Source: an uncultured Acidobacteriota bacterium (GTDB lineage: Bacteria; Acidobacteriota; Thermoanaerobaculia; UBA5066; Gp7-AA6). Taken from it: a DNA stretch of 64,000 nucleotides. The stretch lies in contig CAVTYD010000003.1 in the NCBI GenBank assembly GCA_963738945.1, positions 130,583-194,582 of the forward strand, given 5' to 3'. Below the pieces are notes generated by a model. That model was not told where the DNA came from, searched no databases, and saw only the letters and a list, made by a program, of their open reading frames with translations. This document shows, piece after piece, positions 25,292 to 37,591 of the stretch. A program made the position numbers and the translations under genes. Each line of letters starts with the position of its first letter. The first letter of the stretch is position 1.

Positions 25292-26989
25292 CTAGTCGCT
25301 CGGGTGGCGCGCGGCCATCGCCTTCACCTGCTGGAGGACCTGTTCGAGGTTGTAACTCGCAGCCTCCTGGAGCGGCGGGAACTCAACGTAAGACTCGAGT
25401 TCCTTCATCCACATCACCTGGCCGATGGGCAGGAGGTTCCAGTCATACAGATACGCCGTGCTCGGGGAGGCGAGGACACCGCCGTACCCCGTCACGGCCT
25501 TCGCACCTTCCCCCCAGGACTGTTCGAACGGATCGCGCCCGATGTTGTCGATCTGAGTCCAGGCGTAGGTCGTAGGGGCAAGGATCGACTGGACGCCGGT
25601 CGCGCCCATCATGGAGTAGTAGAACTTCCAGTTCTTGAAGCGCACCGCCGATGGGATGGAGCCCTGGTAGTAGAAGAAGTAATCGCGATTGCTCTCCGAC
25701 TTGCCCAGGAGGTAGGAGAGCTGGTTGACACCGTCGAGCTTGGTCTTCTTGATGCCCGGGTACTTGCCTTCCATGATCTGCTTGTTCAGATCATTCCCCT
25801 TGGGGCCGCCGGCGGCTTCCACCAACGTGGGCATCCAGTCGAGCAGGGAAAAGATACCCGTGTAGACCGTGCCCGGCTGGATCACGCCTTTCCAGCGGAT
25901 GACCTGCGGAACGCGCATGCCGCCTTCCCACGTCGTCATCTTGTTGCCTTTGAACGGGGTGACGCCCCCATCCGGGTAGGTTTGCGCCTCGGCACCGTTG
26001 TCGGTGGTGAAAACGATGATGGTGTTGTCGAGCTGGCCCATGTCCTCGAGCTTCTTGAGCACGAGGCCGATGTTGTCGTCCAACTGTTTCATGCCGACTT
26101 CGTTGACGCCCCAGTCCTTGCCGCCCCGCGTTCCCAGCATGGCTTCGTACTTCGGAGAAAACATCGTCGTGATGTGCATGCGGGCCGGGTTGTACCAGAC
26201 GAAGAAGGGCTTGTTGGTCTTCTTGGGATCGTTTCGATCGAGAAAGTCGATCACGTGCGAGGAGATCTCCTCGTCCACCGTCTTCGAGCGTTCGAGTGTG
26301 AGCGGACCTTCATCCTTGCCCGACTGGTTCTTGGCCGTCCCGTCGGAGGACTTCATCCAGATGACAGGGCGCGGCGGCGTCAGGCAATTGGAGGTCTTGA
26401 TGTCCACTTCGCCCGGGGGGCTCGGAATTCCGGGAATCGGAATCGTCTTGCACGGCGGCACGACGGCCTGATCCGTGGGGCTCTTGTTGATGTCCGGGAA
26501 GCTGACTTGCTCCATGGCGTCCAGGTGATAGAGGTAACCCCAGAATTCCTGGAAGCCGTGCGCCGTCGGCAGGGAATCCGGATTGTCGCCCAGATGATTC
26601 TTGCCGAACTCGCCGGTGGTGTAGCCCAGGTTGTAGAGGAACCGGGCGAGCGCCGGCGTGCCGGGGCGCAGGTACGAAATTGCGCCCGGCAGCTGCGGCA
26701 TGAGCATGCCGGCACGCATGGGGTTCATGCCGGTGAAGAAGGCCGTGCGCCCGGCGGTGCAGCTCGACTCCGCGTAGGCGGTCATGAAGATTCCGCCCTC
26801 ACGGCCGATGCGATCGATGTTGGGCGTCTCTCCCACCATCAGGCCGCGGTGATAGATGCTCGGCTGCATCCAGCCGATGTCATCGCCCATGATGAACATG
26901 ATGTTGGGTTTTTTCTCCTGGGCATGGACCGATGCCGTAATCAGGACACCAACCGATACCGCGAACCATCGAATCCGTCGTCGACTCAT
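25292..26989 (-). CDS. sulfatase (arylsulfatase-type, family S1)
   Basis: ORF 25292..27385, with the start at ATG 26989 (AAGGAGGG SD) and a signal peptide. FIMGDDIGWM, ESSCTAGRTAFFTG, GKNHLGD. Confidence 0.92.
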   Translation of the reverse strand: MSRRRIRWFAVSVGVLITASVHAQEKKPNIMFIMGDDIGWMQPSIYHRGLMVGETPNIDRIGREGGIFMTAYAESSCTAGRTAFFTGMNPMRAGMLMPQLPGAISYLRPGTPALARFLYNLGYTTGEFGKNHLGDNPDSLPTAHGFQEFWGYLYHLDAMEQVSFPDINKSPTDQAVVPPCKTIPIPGIPSPPGEVDIKTSNCLTPPRPVIWMKSSDGTAKNQSGKDEGPLTLERSKTVDEEISSHVIDFLDRNDPKKTNKPFFVWYNPARMHITTMFSPKYEAMLGTRGGKDWGVNEVGMKQLDDNIGLVLKKLEDMGQLDNTIIVFTTDNGAEAQTYPDGGVTPFKGNKMTTWEGGMRVPQVIRWKGVIQPGTVYTGIFSLLDWMPTLVEAAGGPKGNDLNKQIMEGKYPGIKKTKLDGVNQLSYLLGKSESNRDYFFYYQGSIPSAVRFKNWKFYYSMMGATGVQSILAPTTYAWTQIDNIGRDPFEQSWGEGAKAVTGYGGVLASPSTAYLYDWNLLPIGQVMWMKELESYVEFPPLQEAASYNLEQVLQQVKAMAARHPSD

Positions 26990-27018
26990 TTCATGTCCCT
27001 CCTTGTTGACTGTCATTC

Positions 27019-28677
27019 TCAGTCGCCCGCGGCCTTGACGTTGACCTTCGACGGGTCGACCAGCGGCACCGGATTCTCCGGGTGCTGGAGGTTCGGGATC
27101 AGGTCGTTCGAGGCGCCGCCGGGGAACCGCTTGATGCTCGGGTACTTCACGATGGACTGGTCGAACTCGATGATCACCGGGTAGATCAGCGACAGGACCC
27201 ATCCGTTGTCCATGCCGGCCCACTGCCCCGGCGAGGACTTCGGCAGCCGCGACGCCATGGCGCCGTTGAAGACCATGTCGTACTTCTCGAAGGGGTCCAT
27301 CGTCAAGCAGTAGAGCGAGCCGATCGAGCCGAGATCCTGGTTCGGGCCCAACCATGTGTCCTTGGCGGTATAGAGGTACTTCCACGCGATGTGGACGTCG
27401 TCGTTGTTGGGGTCACCGCCGATGTCGTACCGCGCGCCCTGGAAGTTCTCGCCGTCGATGTAGATCCAGGAGTTGCGCGCGGAATGCTTCGCCTTGCCCA
27501 TGACGTAGGCGCTGTTGTCGATCGAGTCGAAGTAGATCGGCTTGCCGTCGTTGCCCTTCCACTCGCCGTGCGGCGGCGGGGTGACGCCGACCATCGACGA
27601 CAGCGTCGACCAGAGGTCGATGTGGGACATCATCTCGTCGTACTGAGCGCCCTGCGGGACGTGGTTCGGCCACCACATGATGCCCGGGACGCGCCAGCCG
27701 GCCTCGAAGGCGGAGCCCTTCTCCCCGCGGAACGGGTGCGTGCCGGCGTCGGGATACGCGTCCTGCCACGCGCCGTTGTCGGCGGTGAAGACCACGATCG
27801 TGTTGGGCGCCACCTGCCGGATCGCCTCCATGATCCGCCCGACGTTGTCGTCCATCTCCATGACGGAATCCGAGTACCGTCCCAAATGCGACTTGCCGGC
27901 GAACTTGGGCGACGGATTGTTCGGGTTGTGCATCTTCATGAAGTTGACGTCCATGAAGAAGGGCTTGCTGTCGTTGGCGTGCTGCTTGATGTACTCGATG
28001 GCCGAGTCCGCCTGGCGCACGTCGAACGTGGCGAGGTAGTCCCAGGTGATCTCCGCCACCTTGCGCGCGGGCTTCCCGGCTTCGCCCTCCCACTCGAACA
28101 TGTTGACGGCGCCGAAGTAGTCCTTCGCGAATACCGGGTTGTAGGACGGGAACCAGGGGTGGAACCACTCGTTCGTGTCGCTGTACGTGTAGACGCCGGG
28201 GTAATAGGCGCCGAACTCCCGCATCGTCTGGTAACCGTGCTCGATCGGGTAGGCCTCCGGCTTGTCGCCGAGGTGCCACTTGCCCGAGAAATACGTCGAG
28301 TAGCCATGATCGCGGAACCACTCCGCGATCGTCGGCGTCTCCTTGCGCAGGGAGTTCTCGTCGCCCGGGGCGACGACGATCGACAGCGCCGAGCGGATCG
28401 GGATGCGCCCCGTGTTGAACGACGCGCGGCCGGCCGTGCAGCTCGCCTGCCCGTACCAGCTCGTGAACGTCGCCCCTTCCTTGGCGAGGCGATCCAGGTT
28501 GGGCGTCGGGTGGCCGAGGGCCCTTCCGCCGCCCGAATACGCTCCGAGATCGTTCCAGCCCGTGTCATCGCTCATGAGAACGAGGACGTTGGGCTTCTTC
28601 GTCTGCGCCTGGACCGATGCCGTGAGGAAGGTTCCGACAACGATGCCGAACAAGAATCTGCGGGGCCATCTGGCCAT
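27019..28677 (-). CDS. sulfatase (arylsulfatase-type, family S1)
   Basis: ORF 27019..28914, with the start at ATG 28677 (AAGGAG SD) and a signal peptide. VLMSDDTGWN, QASCTAGRASFNTG, GKWHLGD. Confidence 0.92.
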   Translation of the reverse strand: MARWPRRFLFGIVVGTFLTASVQAQTKKPNVLVLMSDDTGWNDLGAYSGGGRALGHPTPNLDRLAKEGATFTSWYGQASCTAGRASFNTGRIPIRSALSIVVAPGDENSLRKETPTIAEWFRDHGYSTYFSGKWHLGDKPEAYPIEHGYQTMREFGAYYPGVYTYSDTNEWFHPWFPSYNPVFAKDYFGAVNMFEWEGEAGKPARKVAEITWDYLATFDVRQADSAIEYIKQHANDSKPFFMDVNFMKMHNPNNPSPKFAGKSHLGRYSDSVMEMDDNVGRIMEAIRQVAPNTIVVFTADNGAWQDAYPDAGTHPFRGEKGSAFEAGWRVPGIMWWPNHVPQGAQYDEMMSHIDLWSTLSSMVGVTPPPHGEWKGNDGKPIYFDSIDNSAYVMGKAKHSARNSWIYIDGENFQGARYDIGGDPNNDDVHIAWKYLYTAKDTWLGPNQDLGSIGSLYCLTMDPFEKYDMVFNGAMASRLPKSSPGQWAGMDNGWVLSLIYPVIIEFDQSIVKYPSIKRFPGGASNDLIPNLQHPENPVPLVDPSKVNVKAAGD

Positions 28678-28732
28678 GGTCACCACTCCTTTTCCAACGT
28701 CGACTAAAAAACGAAACGCAGAACTACGAAAC

Positions 28733-29965
28733 TCAGAAGTGCAATTTGATGTCCGCCGAACCCCCGAGCGCCTCGCGATCGGGGTTTTTGTAGTTGAAGC
28801 CTCCGGTCGGACCCCACACGACCGCGAGATCGACCGACACGACCGGAACGCCGATTCCCAGGCCGAAGGTGTACGCCCACGACGGATTGGCCGCCGCGAA
28901 GTCGCGCATCGCACCGGCGCGGATGGCGACGAACGGGATCCGCGCCTCGGCGCCGAGCGAGAGCTGCTGGCTCTTCGTGCCCGGCTCGAGCTCGAGCCCC
29001 CGTGTGTCCGGGACGAGCGTGTCGCTCTTGATGAAGTCGCCGTCGGCCGCGAGCGTCAGGAACGGCAGCGGGTCGACCGAGACGCCGCCCCGAAACTGGC
29101 GGGGCAGCGGCACCGTTCCGGGGCTTCCCGTGACCTGCGCGACCGTGAACTCCGGCTGGTTGAGCGCCACGCCGACGACGCCAACCTTGACGATGCCGAG
29201 ATTCGCGCGCGCCCCGACGTCGAAGGTCAGCTTGTTCGTCGTGCGGGCGTTCTCTTCGAAGGCGTCGTGGAGCAGCTCGGAGAGGTCCTTGCCCGCGCAG
29301 GACGTGGTTCCGAAGACACCGCAAGACCCGAAATACGTCACTCCCGACACGTACCGCAGCGCTCCCCCGACCTCGAGGACGCCGTCCAGGAACTTCGCGC
29401 CGTAGGCCAGCCGCGCCTCCCGCGCCGACAGGCCCACGAGGTAGAGGCCGGTCTGGTTGAAGGCGAGACCGTTGTCCGGGCCGCCGCCCGGGACGACGTG
29501 CTGGAGGTCGATCACCGGGTAGATGCCGGCGTTCGGCACGTCGCCGACCGAGAAGGCGAAGCCGTTCCACGACGCCACGAGGCCGACGACGCCGGACGAG
29601 ATGACGCTCGTGCCAGGCCGCGCGAGGTTCGCGATGTTGGCGAGCGCGACCGGGATCAAGTCCGGACGATCGCCGTTGACGATCTCGTCGAACGGCAGAT
29701 TGCTCAGGTTGACGAGGCTTCCGACGAGGTTGTTGCGATTCTGGGCCGTCATCCCCGCGAGGAGCTGGATGTCGAAGCCCTTCAGGTCGGCGAGGGCCGC
29801 GGGATTGGCGTAGATCGCGGAGTTGTCGTCCACGGCCGCGACCTCCGCGCCGCCCATTCCGGTCGCCCGGGCTCCGGCCCATGGGAACTGGGCCCGCGCC
29901 CGCGAGGCGAGGGCGACGAAAAGGACCGTGGCACACGAGAGGACTCGACGCAGGGTCTGATCCAT
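28733..29965 (-). CDS. outer-membrane beta-barrel protein (FadL/TraF/PorV-like N-terminal motif)
   Basis: 410 aa. AAGGAG SD and signal peptide. GARATGMGGAEVAAVDDNSAIYANPAALA motif. Alternating beta pattern. C-terminal ...DIKLHF with terminal Phe. Confidence 0.8.
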   Translation of the reverse strand: MDQTLRRVLSCATVLFVALASRARAQFPWAGARATGMGGAEVAAVDDNSAIYANPAALADLKGFDIQLLAGMTAQNRNNLVGSLVNLSNLPFDEIVNGDRPDLIPVALANIANLARPGTSVISSGVVGLVASWNGFAFSVGDVPNAGIYPVIDLQHVVPGGGPDNGLAFNQTGLYLVGLSAREARLAYGAKFLDGVLEVGGALRYVSGVTYFGSCGVFGTTSCAGKDLSELLHDAFEENARTTNKLTFDVGARANLGIVKVGVVGVALNQPEFTVAQVTGSPGTVPLPRQFRGGVSVDPLPFLTLAADGDFIKSDTLVPDTRGLELEPGTKSQQLSLGAEARIPFVAIRAGAMRDFAAANPSWAYTFGLGIGVPVVSVDLAVVWGPTGGFNYKNPDREALGGSADIKLHF

Positions 29966-29989
29966 GGACGGTGGTCTCCTTCCGGGCTC

Positions 29990-30379
29990 CTAGGGCTCTG
30001 GCTCTCGTCCTCCACGCTCCAGGGCTTCGCCGACGGCCCTCACGAGGAGTCGCCCCTCGAAGGGCTTCGCCAGAAAAGCGATGGCGCCGAGCTCGTCGGC
30101 CTCCCGCCGGAACAGGGCCGAGTCGTGAGCCGTGATGAAAATGACCGGTCCGGCCTGGCCATCCTCCCTCAACCGGCGCTGCAAGTCGATCCCCGAGGCG
30201 CCCGGCAGGTGAATGTCGGCGATCAGGCAGCCGAGGTTGCCGGGCGCGCTTTCCAGAAACGCCTCGGCCGAGCCGTACGTGCGGGCGTCGTACCCGGCCG
30301 TCTTTAGCATTCGCCCCAGCGCCTCGCGCATCCCTACGTCGTCCTCCACGATCGCAATCGTCGCCTGCGGGCCCGCCAT
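29990..30379 (-). CDS. single-domain response regulator (CheY-like receiver)
   Basis: ORF 29990..30613, with the start at ATG 30379. IAIVEDDVGMREAL...CLIADIHLPGASGIDL...VIFITAH...AFLAKPF. Confidence 0.85.
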   Translation of the reverse strand: MAGPQATIAIVEDDVGMREALGRMLKTAGYDARTYGSAEAFLESAPGNLGCLIADIHLPGASGIDLQRRLREDGQAGPVIFITAHDSALFRREADELGAIAFLAKPFEGRLLVRAVGEALERGGREPEP

Positions 30380-30476
30380 GAACGGTACGAAGCATCCCGT
30401 TCCGGGATGCCGCGGGATAAGCCGGCTCTTCGGGAGGGGGACGTTGCCCTTTGGTGCAATGGCCCCGAGAAGTTCC

Positions 30477-31121
30477 TCAGAAACCCGGGCGGCGTTCACC
30501 CGAAGCCTGCCGGCGGCGAAGCAGGCCGTCGACATGGACGAGCTCGGCGATGGAGCCGACGCCCATCTTCTCCATGATCTGGGCCCGGTGCGCCTTGACG
30601 GTGCGCTCGGCAATGCCGAGCTCGGCGGCGATCTGCTTGTTGAGACGGCCCACGACCACTCGCTCGAAGACTTCGCGCTCCCGGGCGGTCAGGCTCTCGA
30701 AACGCCGCGCGGCTTCCCGACGGCGTCCCGCGCCGCCCCCTTCGGCGCTCTGCCTCGCGAGCGCCGCCTCGATCGCCGCCAGCAGCTCCCTGCGTTGAAC
30801 CGGCTTCGTCAGAAAATCGACGGCGCCCCGGCGCATCGCGTGCACGCTCTGCCGGATGTCGCCGTGCCCGGTCAGGAAGACGACGGGAAGGGCGTCGCCG
30901 CGTTTCGCGATCGACTCCTGGAGCTCCAGGCCGCTCGGACCCGGCATCCGCACGTCGAGCAGCACGCAGCCGGGCCCCTCCGCCGGCGGATCCAGGAGGA
31001 AATCGCCGGCCGAGCGGTACGGCTTCGTCGCATAGCCCGCGGCCTTCAACAGCCGCGACACAGCGGTTCGGAACGAGTCGTCGTCGTCGACGACGTGGAT
31101 GACGGCCGTGCCGGCGGTCAT
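30477..31121 (-). CDS. NarL/FixJ-family response regulator (REC + LuxR-type HTH)
   Basis: Last 214 codons of ORF 30477..31451, from ATG 31121. VIHVVDDDDSFRTAV...VLLDVRMPGPSGLEL...FLTGHGD...DFLTKP, then LTAREREVFERVVVGRLNKQIAAELGIAERTVKAHR. As read there is no stop between the kinase and this gene (see findings). Confidence 0.85.
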   Translation of the reverse strand: MTAGTAVIHVVDDDDSFRTAVSRLLKAAGYATKPYRSAGDFLLDPPAEGPGCVLLDVRMPGPSGLELQESIAKRGDALPVVFLTGHGDIRQSVHAMRRGAVDFLTKPVQRRELLAAIEAALARQSAEGGGAGRRREAARRFESLTAREREVFERVVVGRLNKQIAAELGIAERTVKAHRAQIMEKMGVGSIAELVHVDGLLRRRQASGERRPGF

Positions 31122-33045
31122 GCCGTCGTCCTTTCCGGATCGGCCGGAGCGGGGCCGGGTCCGTCCGGCACCCACGTAGGGAAGCGTGAACTCGAACGCC
31201 GCGCCTCCTCCCGGCTCGTTCGCGGCGTCGATCCGTCCGCCGTGCGCCTCCACGATCGAGCGGCAGATCGAGAGTCCGAGCCCGACGCCGTAGGCCTTGG
31301 TCGTGAAGAAGGACTGGAAGAGGCGGTTGCCCTCGGACGGTCCGATCCCGTGGCCCGAGTCCGACACGCGGACGGAGACGCGGTCGCGGGCGACGCGCGT
31401 GCGCATCACGAGGCGCCGCCGGTCTTCCGGCACGCCGGCCATCGCCTCCATGCCGTTGAACGTCAGGTTGATGACGACCTGCTGCAGGGCGACCTCGTCG
31501 CCCCGCGCCGCCGGCAGGCCGCGCCCGAGGTCGCGCTCGATCGACGACGCCGTGCCGGCGGGCCTCGTGCCGGAGCATCCGCGCGACCGACTCGACGACC
31601 GCGTTGAGGTCGAGCGGCTTCATCTCCATCTCGCGTTTGCCGGCGAGCCGCCGCACGCGCTGAACCACCTCGCTCGCCCTCCGGTCGTCGCGCCGGATGT
31701 CGCCGAGAATCTGGCGCACCTCCTCGAACTCTCCGTTTCTCGACGCGAGCAGCATCTCGGCGGTCTCGGCGTTGGCGAGGATCGCGCCGAGGGGCTGATT
31801 GATCTCGTGAGAGATCGAGGCCGCGAGCTCCCCCACCGTCGCCAGGCGCGCCGCCTGCGCGAGCTCCTCCTGGCGCCGCCGGTTCTCCTCCTGCGCGCGC
31901 CTCCGCTGCCGGCGCTCGACGAGCAATGCGATCAGGAGGGCCGTCTCGGCGGCCACGGCGGCGGCCCCGCCGAGGATCCGGTACCGGTAGGTCGACCAGA
32001 ACGACGGCGGGCGATACCGGATCTCGTACGAAGACGGCACGGCGCGGACAGGGATCCCGAAGCGCTTCAGCGCCCGCGCGTCCACAGCGAGAACGCGCGG
32101 GGAGCGCGGGACGAGCGCGATCGCGCCGGGAGCCTCGCCCCGCAGCACGCGCAACGCGATCTCACCGGCCGCGTGACCCTCGTGGGCCGAATCGAACAGG
32201 GCGCCCCCGGCGATTCCGCTCCCGAGGTACGTGGCGTGGACGGCGAAGACCGGCACGGAGGCCGCCGCGGCGAGGGCGCGCGCCGCATCGAGAGGAACGA
32301 CCGACCGGCCCGCCGAGTCCCGAAACATCATCGTGTAGACGAGGATGGTGTCGGCGGGCAGTCGGCCGAACTCCTTCGGGAAATTGGCGATCGGGACGCC
32401 GGTGCGAGCGATCACATCCAGCCTGATGCCGAGCTTCTTCACGTCGCGACGCACGCTCTCCACAGACCCGATGTCGAGGGGTCCGGAGCCCGCGACGACC
32501 ACGATCCGGCGCGCCCCGGGAACGAGGCGCTGGGCCAGCTGGAGGGTCTCGGTCATGTCGTCGTCGCTGAAGAGGCCCGTGACCCAGTCGGGCCGGACGT
32601 GGTGCGCGAAGTACGACGGTTCGACGGCGGTGAACACCACGGCCGCATGCGGCCAGAGGCGGTCCCTGTGCGTCGCCAGAAAATCTAGGGCGAGTTCCGT
32701 GAAGGCGAAGACGAGCTCCGGCTCCCTCTCCGCGTACTTGCGTTCGAGAAACGCGGCGAACGCGTCTCCGTAGCCCTCGCTCCGGAAGCGGAACGCGTCC
32801 AGGCCCTCCGAGTGGACCTCGAAGGGCCCGGCATCCGACTCGGAAAGCACCCGCCGGATCTCGGCGTCGGCCGCCTGGCTCGCGGGGAGCATGACCTCGG
32901 TGCCGGTCAGGATCACGATGCGGCGGGCGGGCGGCGGCGAGTCGGCGGCGGCCGCGGTCGAAGCGGCGACCAGCACGAGAAGCGTGGTCGAGAGAAGGCG
33001 GCGCACGGTGTCGTTTCCCGATCGGCCCGGGCGCCAATCTATCAC
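31122..33045 (-). CDS. sensor histidine kinase with periplasmic ABC-substrate-binding-like domain (frame-disrupted near 31541 as read)
   Basis: The frame of ORF 30496..33045 gives a signal/TM, a roughly 300-aa periplasmic domain (RRIVILTGTE...RRIVVVAGSGP...), a TM (ILGGAAAVAAETALLIALLV) and the H-box ELAASISHEINQPLGAI. After ...EARRHGVV the sense continues in the frame of ORF 30477..31451 (IERDLGRGLPAARGDEVALQQVVINLTFNGMEAM...DSGHGI...GVGLGLSI). Confidence 0.8.
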
Positions 33046-33121
33046 CGGAGCCGCGATGGACGAAGACGGAGCGGCAGGAAAGTGCGGGCGCCCGACGCCG
33101 GGCGCCCGCCTCGCCGCAAAC

Positions 33122-34741
<1,620 letters not shown>

Positions 34742-34880
34742 GGGGCCTCCTCATCAATAATTGCCGCGGTTCCGGGGTTGGTGCCCTCGAGCTGAGACCG
34801 CGCCGCGCCGTGGCCGAATTCTTCAGCCGCGCCCGGGTGGAAGCGAACCGGCAAAACCCGCGAGAACCCGCCGGGGATCG

Positions 34881-35762
34881 TCAGAAGGTCACGGTGAGAT
34901 ACAGGCGCGGGCCGTAGTAGCTGTACTTGAACTGGACGAAGGTCGACGCGTCTTCCCTCTTCAGGCTGAATCTCTGGTAGTCGAACGCGGCGCTGAGGCC
35001 GAAGTTCTTCGTCGCGAACCAGTCGACGTGCGCTTCCGCATCGAACACCGCTCCGGAATAGGGAGACACCGGCGCAAAGATGCCGTTGAAGATCAGGCCC
35101 GCCGAGATCGCCTCTCCCACCTGCTGATCGAACTTGAGGCCGAGCAGCGGAACGAAGAGCTCCTCCTTCGCGGTCCGGGTCACCGTTTGTCCGACGATCG
35201 GGCCGTCCGGCCCGACGACCCCGGCCGCAGCCTGCAGGTCGGCCTTGAGCACGACGTAGGAGGCGCCGAGAGAGAGGCCGAACTGCGTGTGCTCGTTCTT
35301 GATGAAGTCGTACCGCAAGTCGAGATACGGAAGGTTCGAAGTCGTGGTCGCCGAGACGGACGCGCCCGCGGTATACCTCACGCCGCCGTAGGGAACGTCC
35401 ACCGACAGGGACTCCGTCCGGCTACGGTGAAACCCCGTGTACCCGAAGTCGAGATAGAAGCGGCCGAGGGGGTTCCAGTAACCCCGCGCCACGAAGCCGG
35501 GCGCCGATGACGGCATCAGGCCCAGGCCCTCCATGTCGACACCCGCGCCGATCGGCCCCCCGGGCGTCAGGTTCTCCTGGAAGTTCACGGTCGTGTTGAA
35601 CCAGGCGTACTCGCCGCCGAGATAGAGGCGAAACGTGTTGGGCACGTCGCCGGGAAACGTGCCCGACGACTCCGCGGAGACGGCCCCCGCGCCGAGGAAC
35701 AGGCCGGAGAAGGCCAGAAGCAACGCCAGGAACCTCGACCGAACCATTGGACCAGAGCCCAT
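34881..35762 (-). CDS. outer-membrane beta-barrel protein, function unknown
   Basis: ORF 34881..35852, with the start at ATG 35762. Signal peptide (RFLALLLAFSGLFLGAGAVSA). Alternating aromatic beta pattern. C-terminal YLTVTF with terminal Phe. Confidence 0.75.
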   Translation of the reverse strand: MGSGPMVRSRFLALLLAFSGLFLGAGAVSAESSGTFPGDVPNTFRLYLGGEYAWFNTTVNFQENLTPGGPIGAGVDMEGLGLMPSSAPGFVARGYWNPLGRFYLDFGYTGFHRSRTESLSVDVPYGGVRYTAGASVSATTTSNLPYLDLRYDFIKNEHTQFGLSLGASYVVLKADLQAAAGVVGPDGPIVGQTVTRTAKEELFVPLLGLKFDQQVGEAISAGLIFNGIFAPVSPYSGAVFDAEAHVDWFATKNFGLSAAFDYQRFSLKREDASTFVQFKYSYYGPRLYLTVTF

Positions 35763-35870
35763 GTCGTCCCCTTTCGAATTGAGATCTCTCGTGGCGACCG
35801 CCGCCCCGGCTCGATCCGCGGCCACCGGCAGGATCGGCAATCTGACCTGCACCGGAAAGACGGGAGCGTG

Positions 35871-35899
35871 ATCCTATATCGGCGCACGCCGCGGTCCAA
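35871..35899 (-). promoter_or_regulatory. weak sigma70-like promoter candidate at the head of the sulfatase locus
   Basis: Minus strand: TTGGAC (35899-35894), 17-nt spacer, TAGGAT (35876-35871), about 110 nt upstream of ATG 35762. This is a pattern match only. Confidence 0.25.
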
Positions 35900-35963
35900 C
35901 GTCTTCCCCGAGATCGTTTCGCCCGACTGACGACGTGCCGCGAGTCCGACCCCGCGGCGGCTC

Positions 35964-36863
35964 TCAGGCGATTCGAGTGGCGCTGCGCGTCTGCCGGCGG
36001 CCCAGAGACAGCAGGCTGCCCGCTAGGCCGGCCGCGGCTCCGGCGGCGGGCAGCAGCAGCGCGGTCGGGACGCCGAGGAAACCGACCCAGAGGACGGCGA
36101 GGACGGGATGCGGATCGCGGGCAAGCCAGTGCGTCGCGAATCGATACGTCGCGTAGAGCAGGCCGAGCGCGAGGCCGCCGCCCACGAACCCCTCGGCCGT
36201 GGCGTAGAGCCAGAAGGGCGCGCGAATCGCGGACTCGGTGGCGCCCATCAGGCGCATGATCCCCACCTCGTCGCGGTGGAGGTCGAGGGCCAGCCGCACG
36301 GCCGACGCGACCGACAGCACCGCCGCGAGCGTCAGGATCGCGCCGAGGAAGAGGCCCGCGTTGCGGAGAAGCGAGATCGCGTCCCGGAACCGGCGCGAGA
36401 ACTCCTCCTCGGATTCGGACGACTCGACGCCGGGCCACAGCCGCGCCGCGGCGGCGATCTCCTTCGCCGACCCGGGCGGGGCGCCGGGCTTGAGGACGAT
36501 CTCGATCGAGGGCGGAAACGGCGCCTCCTTCAGGTCCGACAGAGCCGCGCCGAGATCCGGATAGGCGCGCCGGAATCGCTCGAGCGCGGCGTCGCTTCCC
36601 ACGATGCGAACGATCTTGATCCGGGCGTCGGACTGGAGCCGGCCCGAGACGGCGCGCGGATCGGTCCCGGTCTCGAGCGTGATGACGGCGGCCGTCGGTT
36701 CGGCCTCCGTCACGGCGAGGCGCCCGAGGTTGTGGGAAACGAGGGCGAGCAGGCCGGGCACGTAGAGGGCCAGGGCGATCAACGTGATCGCCGCGGCCGT
36801 CTGGCGCGGGCTCGATCGAGCCACCGACCAGGCCTCGCCCACGACGTAGCGGGGCCTCAACAT
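35964..36863 (-). CDS. ftsX: cell-division ABC transporter permease FtsX
   Basis: 299 aa, immediately downstream of ftsE. One N-terminal TM, an extracytoplasmic loop and three C-terminal TMs ([27 protein letters not shown]). Confidence 0.85.
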   Translation of the reverse strand: MLRPRYVVGEAWSVARSSPRQTAAAITLIALALYVPGLLALVSHNLGRLAVTEAEPTAAVITLETGTDPRAVSGRLQSDARIKIVRIVGSDAALERFRRAYPDLGAALSDLKEAPFPPSIEIVLKPGAPPGSAKEIAAAARLWPGVESSESEEEFSRRFRDAISLLRNAGLFLGAILTLAAVLSVASAVRLALDLHRDEVGIMRLMGATESAIRAPFWLYATAEGFVGGGLALGLLYATYRFATHWLARDPHPVLAVLWVGFLGVPTALLLPAAGAAAGLAGSLLSLGRRQTRSATRIA

Positions 36864-36877
36864 GCGCGGCTCACGTC

Positions 36878-37591
36878 CTACGTCGCGGGAAGGAAGGGCG
36901 CCTCCCGCACGATCGGCGCGACCTCCCTGGTGCGGTCCGGATCGTGGAGATGTCCCCTCTCGAGCGTCAGCGTGCGCTTGCCCATGCGGCGGATCATCTC
37001 GACGTCGTGCGTCGCGACGACGACCGTCGTGCCGCGGATGTTGAACTCGACGAAGAGCCGCATGATCTCCTCGGCGAGGACGGGGTCGAGGTTTCCGGTC
37101 GGCTCGTCGGCGAGGAGCACGGTCGGCTCGTTGACGATCGCGCGCGCGATGGCGACGCGCTGCTGCTCGCCGCCCGAGAGCTCGTCCGGATAGGCGTTCA
37201 TCAGGTGATGGAGGCCGACGCGCTTCAGGACGTGATACGCGCGCCGCTTCTGCTCCACGCGGGCGAGGCCCAGCACGTTCTGCACGAAGGCGATGTTCTC
37301 GAAGACGGTCTTTCGTCCGATGAGCTTGAAGTCCTGGAACACGACGCCCATCGTCCGGCGCAGGTACGGGATCTGGCTCTGCGGCAGGACGCCGATGTTG
37401 CGCCCGTTGACGATGATCTGTCCCGCGCTCGGAGGCTCCTCCAGGAAGAGCAGCCGCAACAGCGTCGACTTCCCGGCGCCGGAGGGGCCGGTCAGAAAGA
37501 CGAATTCTCCGGCTTCGATCCGGAACGACACGTCGACGAGGGCATCCCGGAACGTCCCGTACTTCTTCGTGACGCCGAAGAGCTGGATCAC
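36878..37591 (-). CDS. ftsE: cell-division ATP-binding protein FtsE
   Basis: Last 237 codons of ORF 36878..39094. GTG 37591 gives a GTGA overlap with the gatB stop (37588-90). Walker [29 protein letters not shown]. Confidence 0.92.
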   Translation of the reverse strand: MIQLFGVTKKYGTFRDALVDVSFRIEAGEFVFLTGPSGAGKSTLLRLLFLEEPPSAGQIIVNGRNIGVLPQSQIPYLRRTMGVVFQDFKLIGRKTVFENIAFVQNVLGLARVEQKRRAYHVLKRVGLHHLMNAYPDELSGGEQQRVAIARAIVNEPTVLLADEPTGNLDPVLAEEIMRLFVEFNIRGTTVVVATHDVEMIRRMGKRTLTLERGHLHDPDRTREVAPIVREAPFLPAT

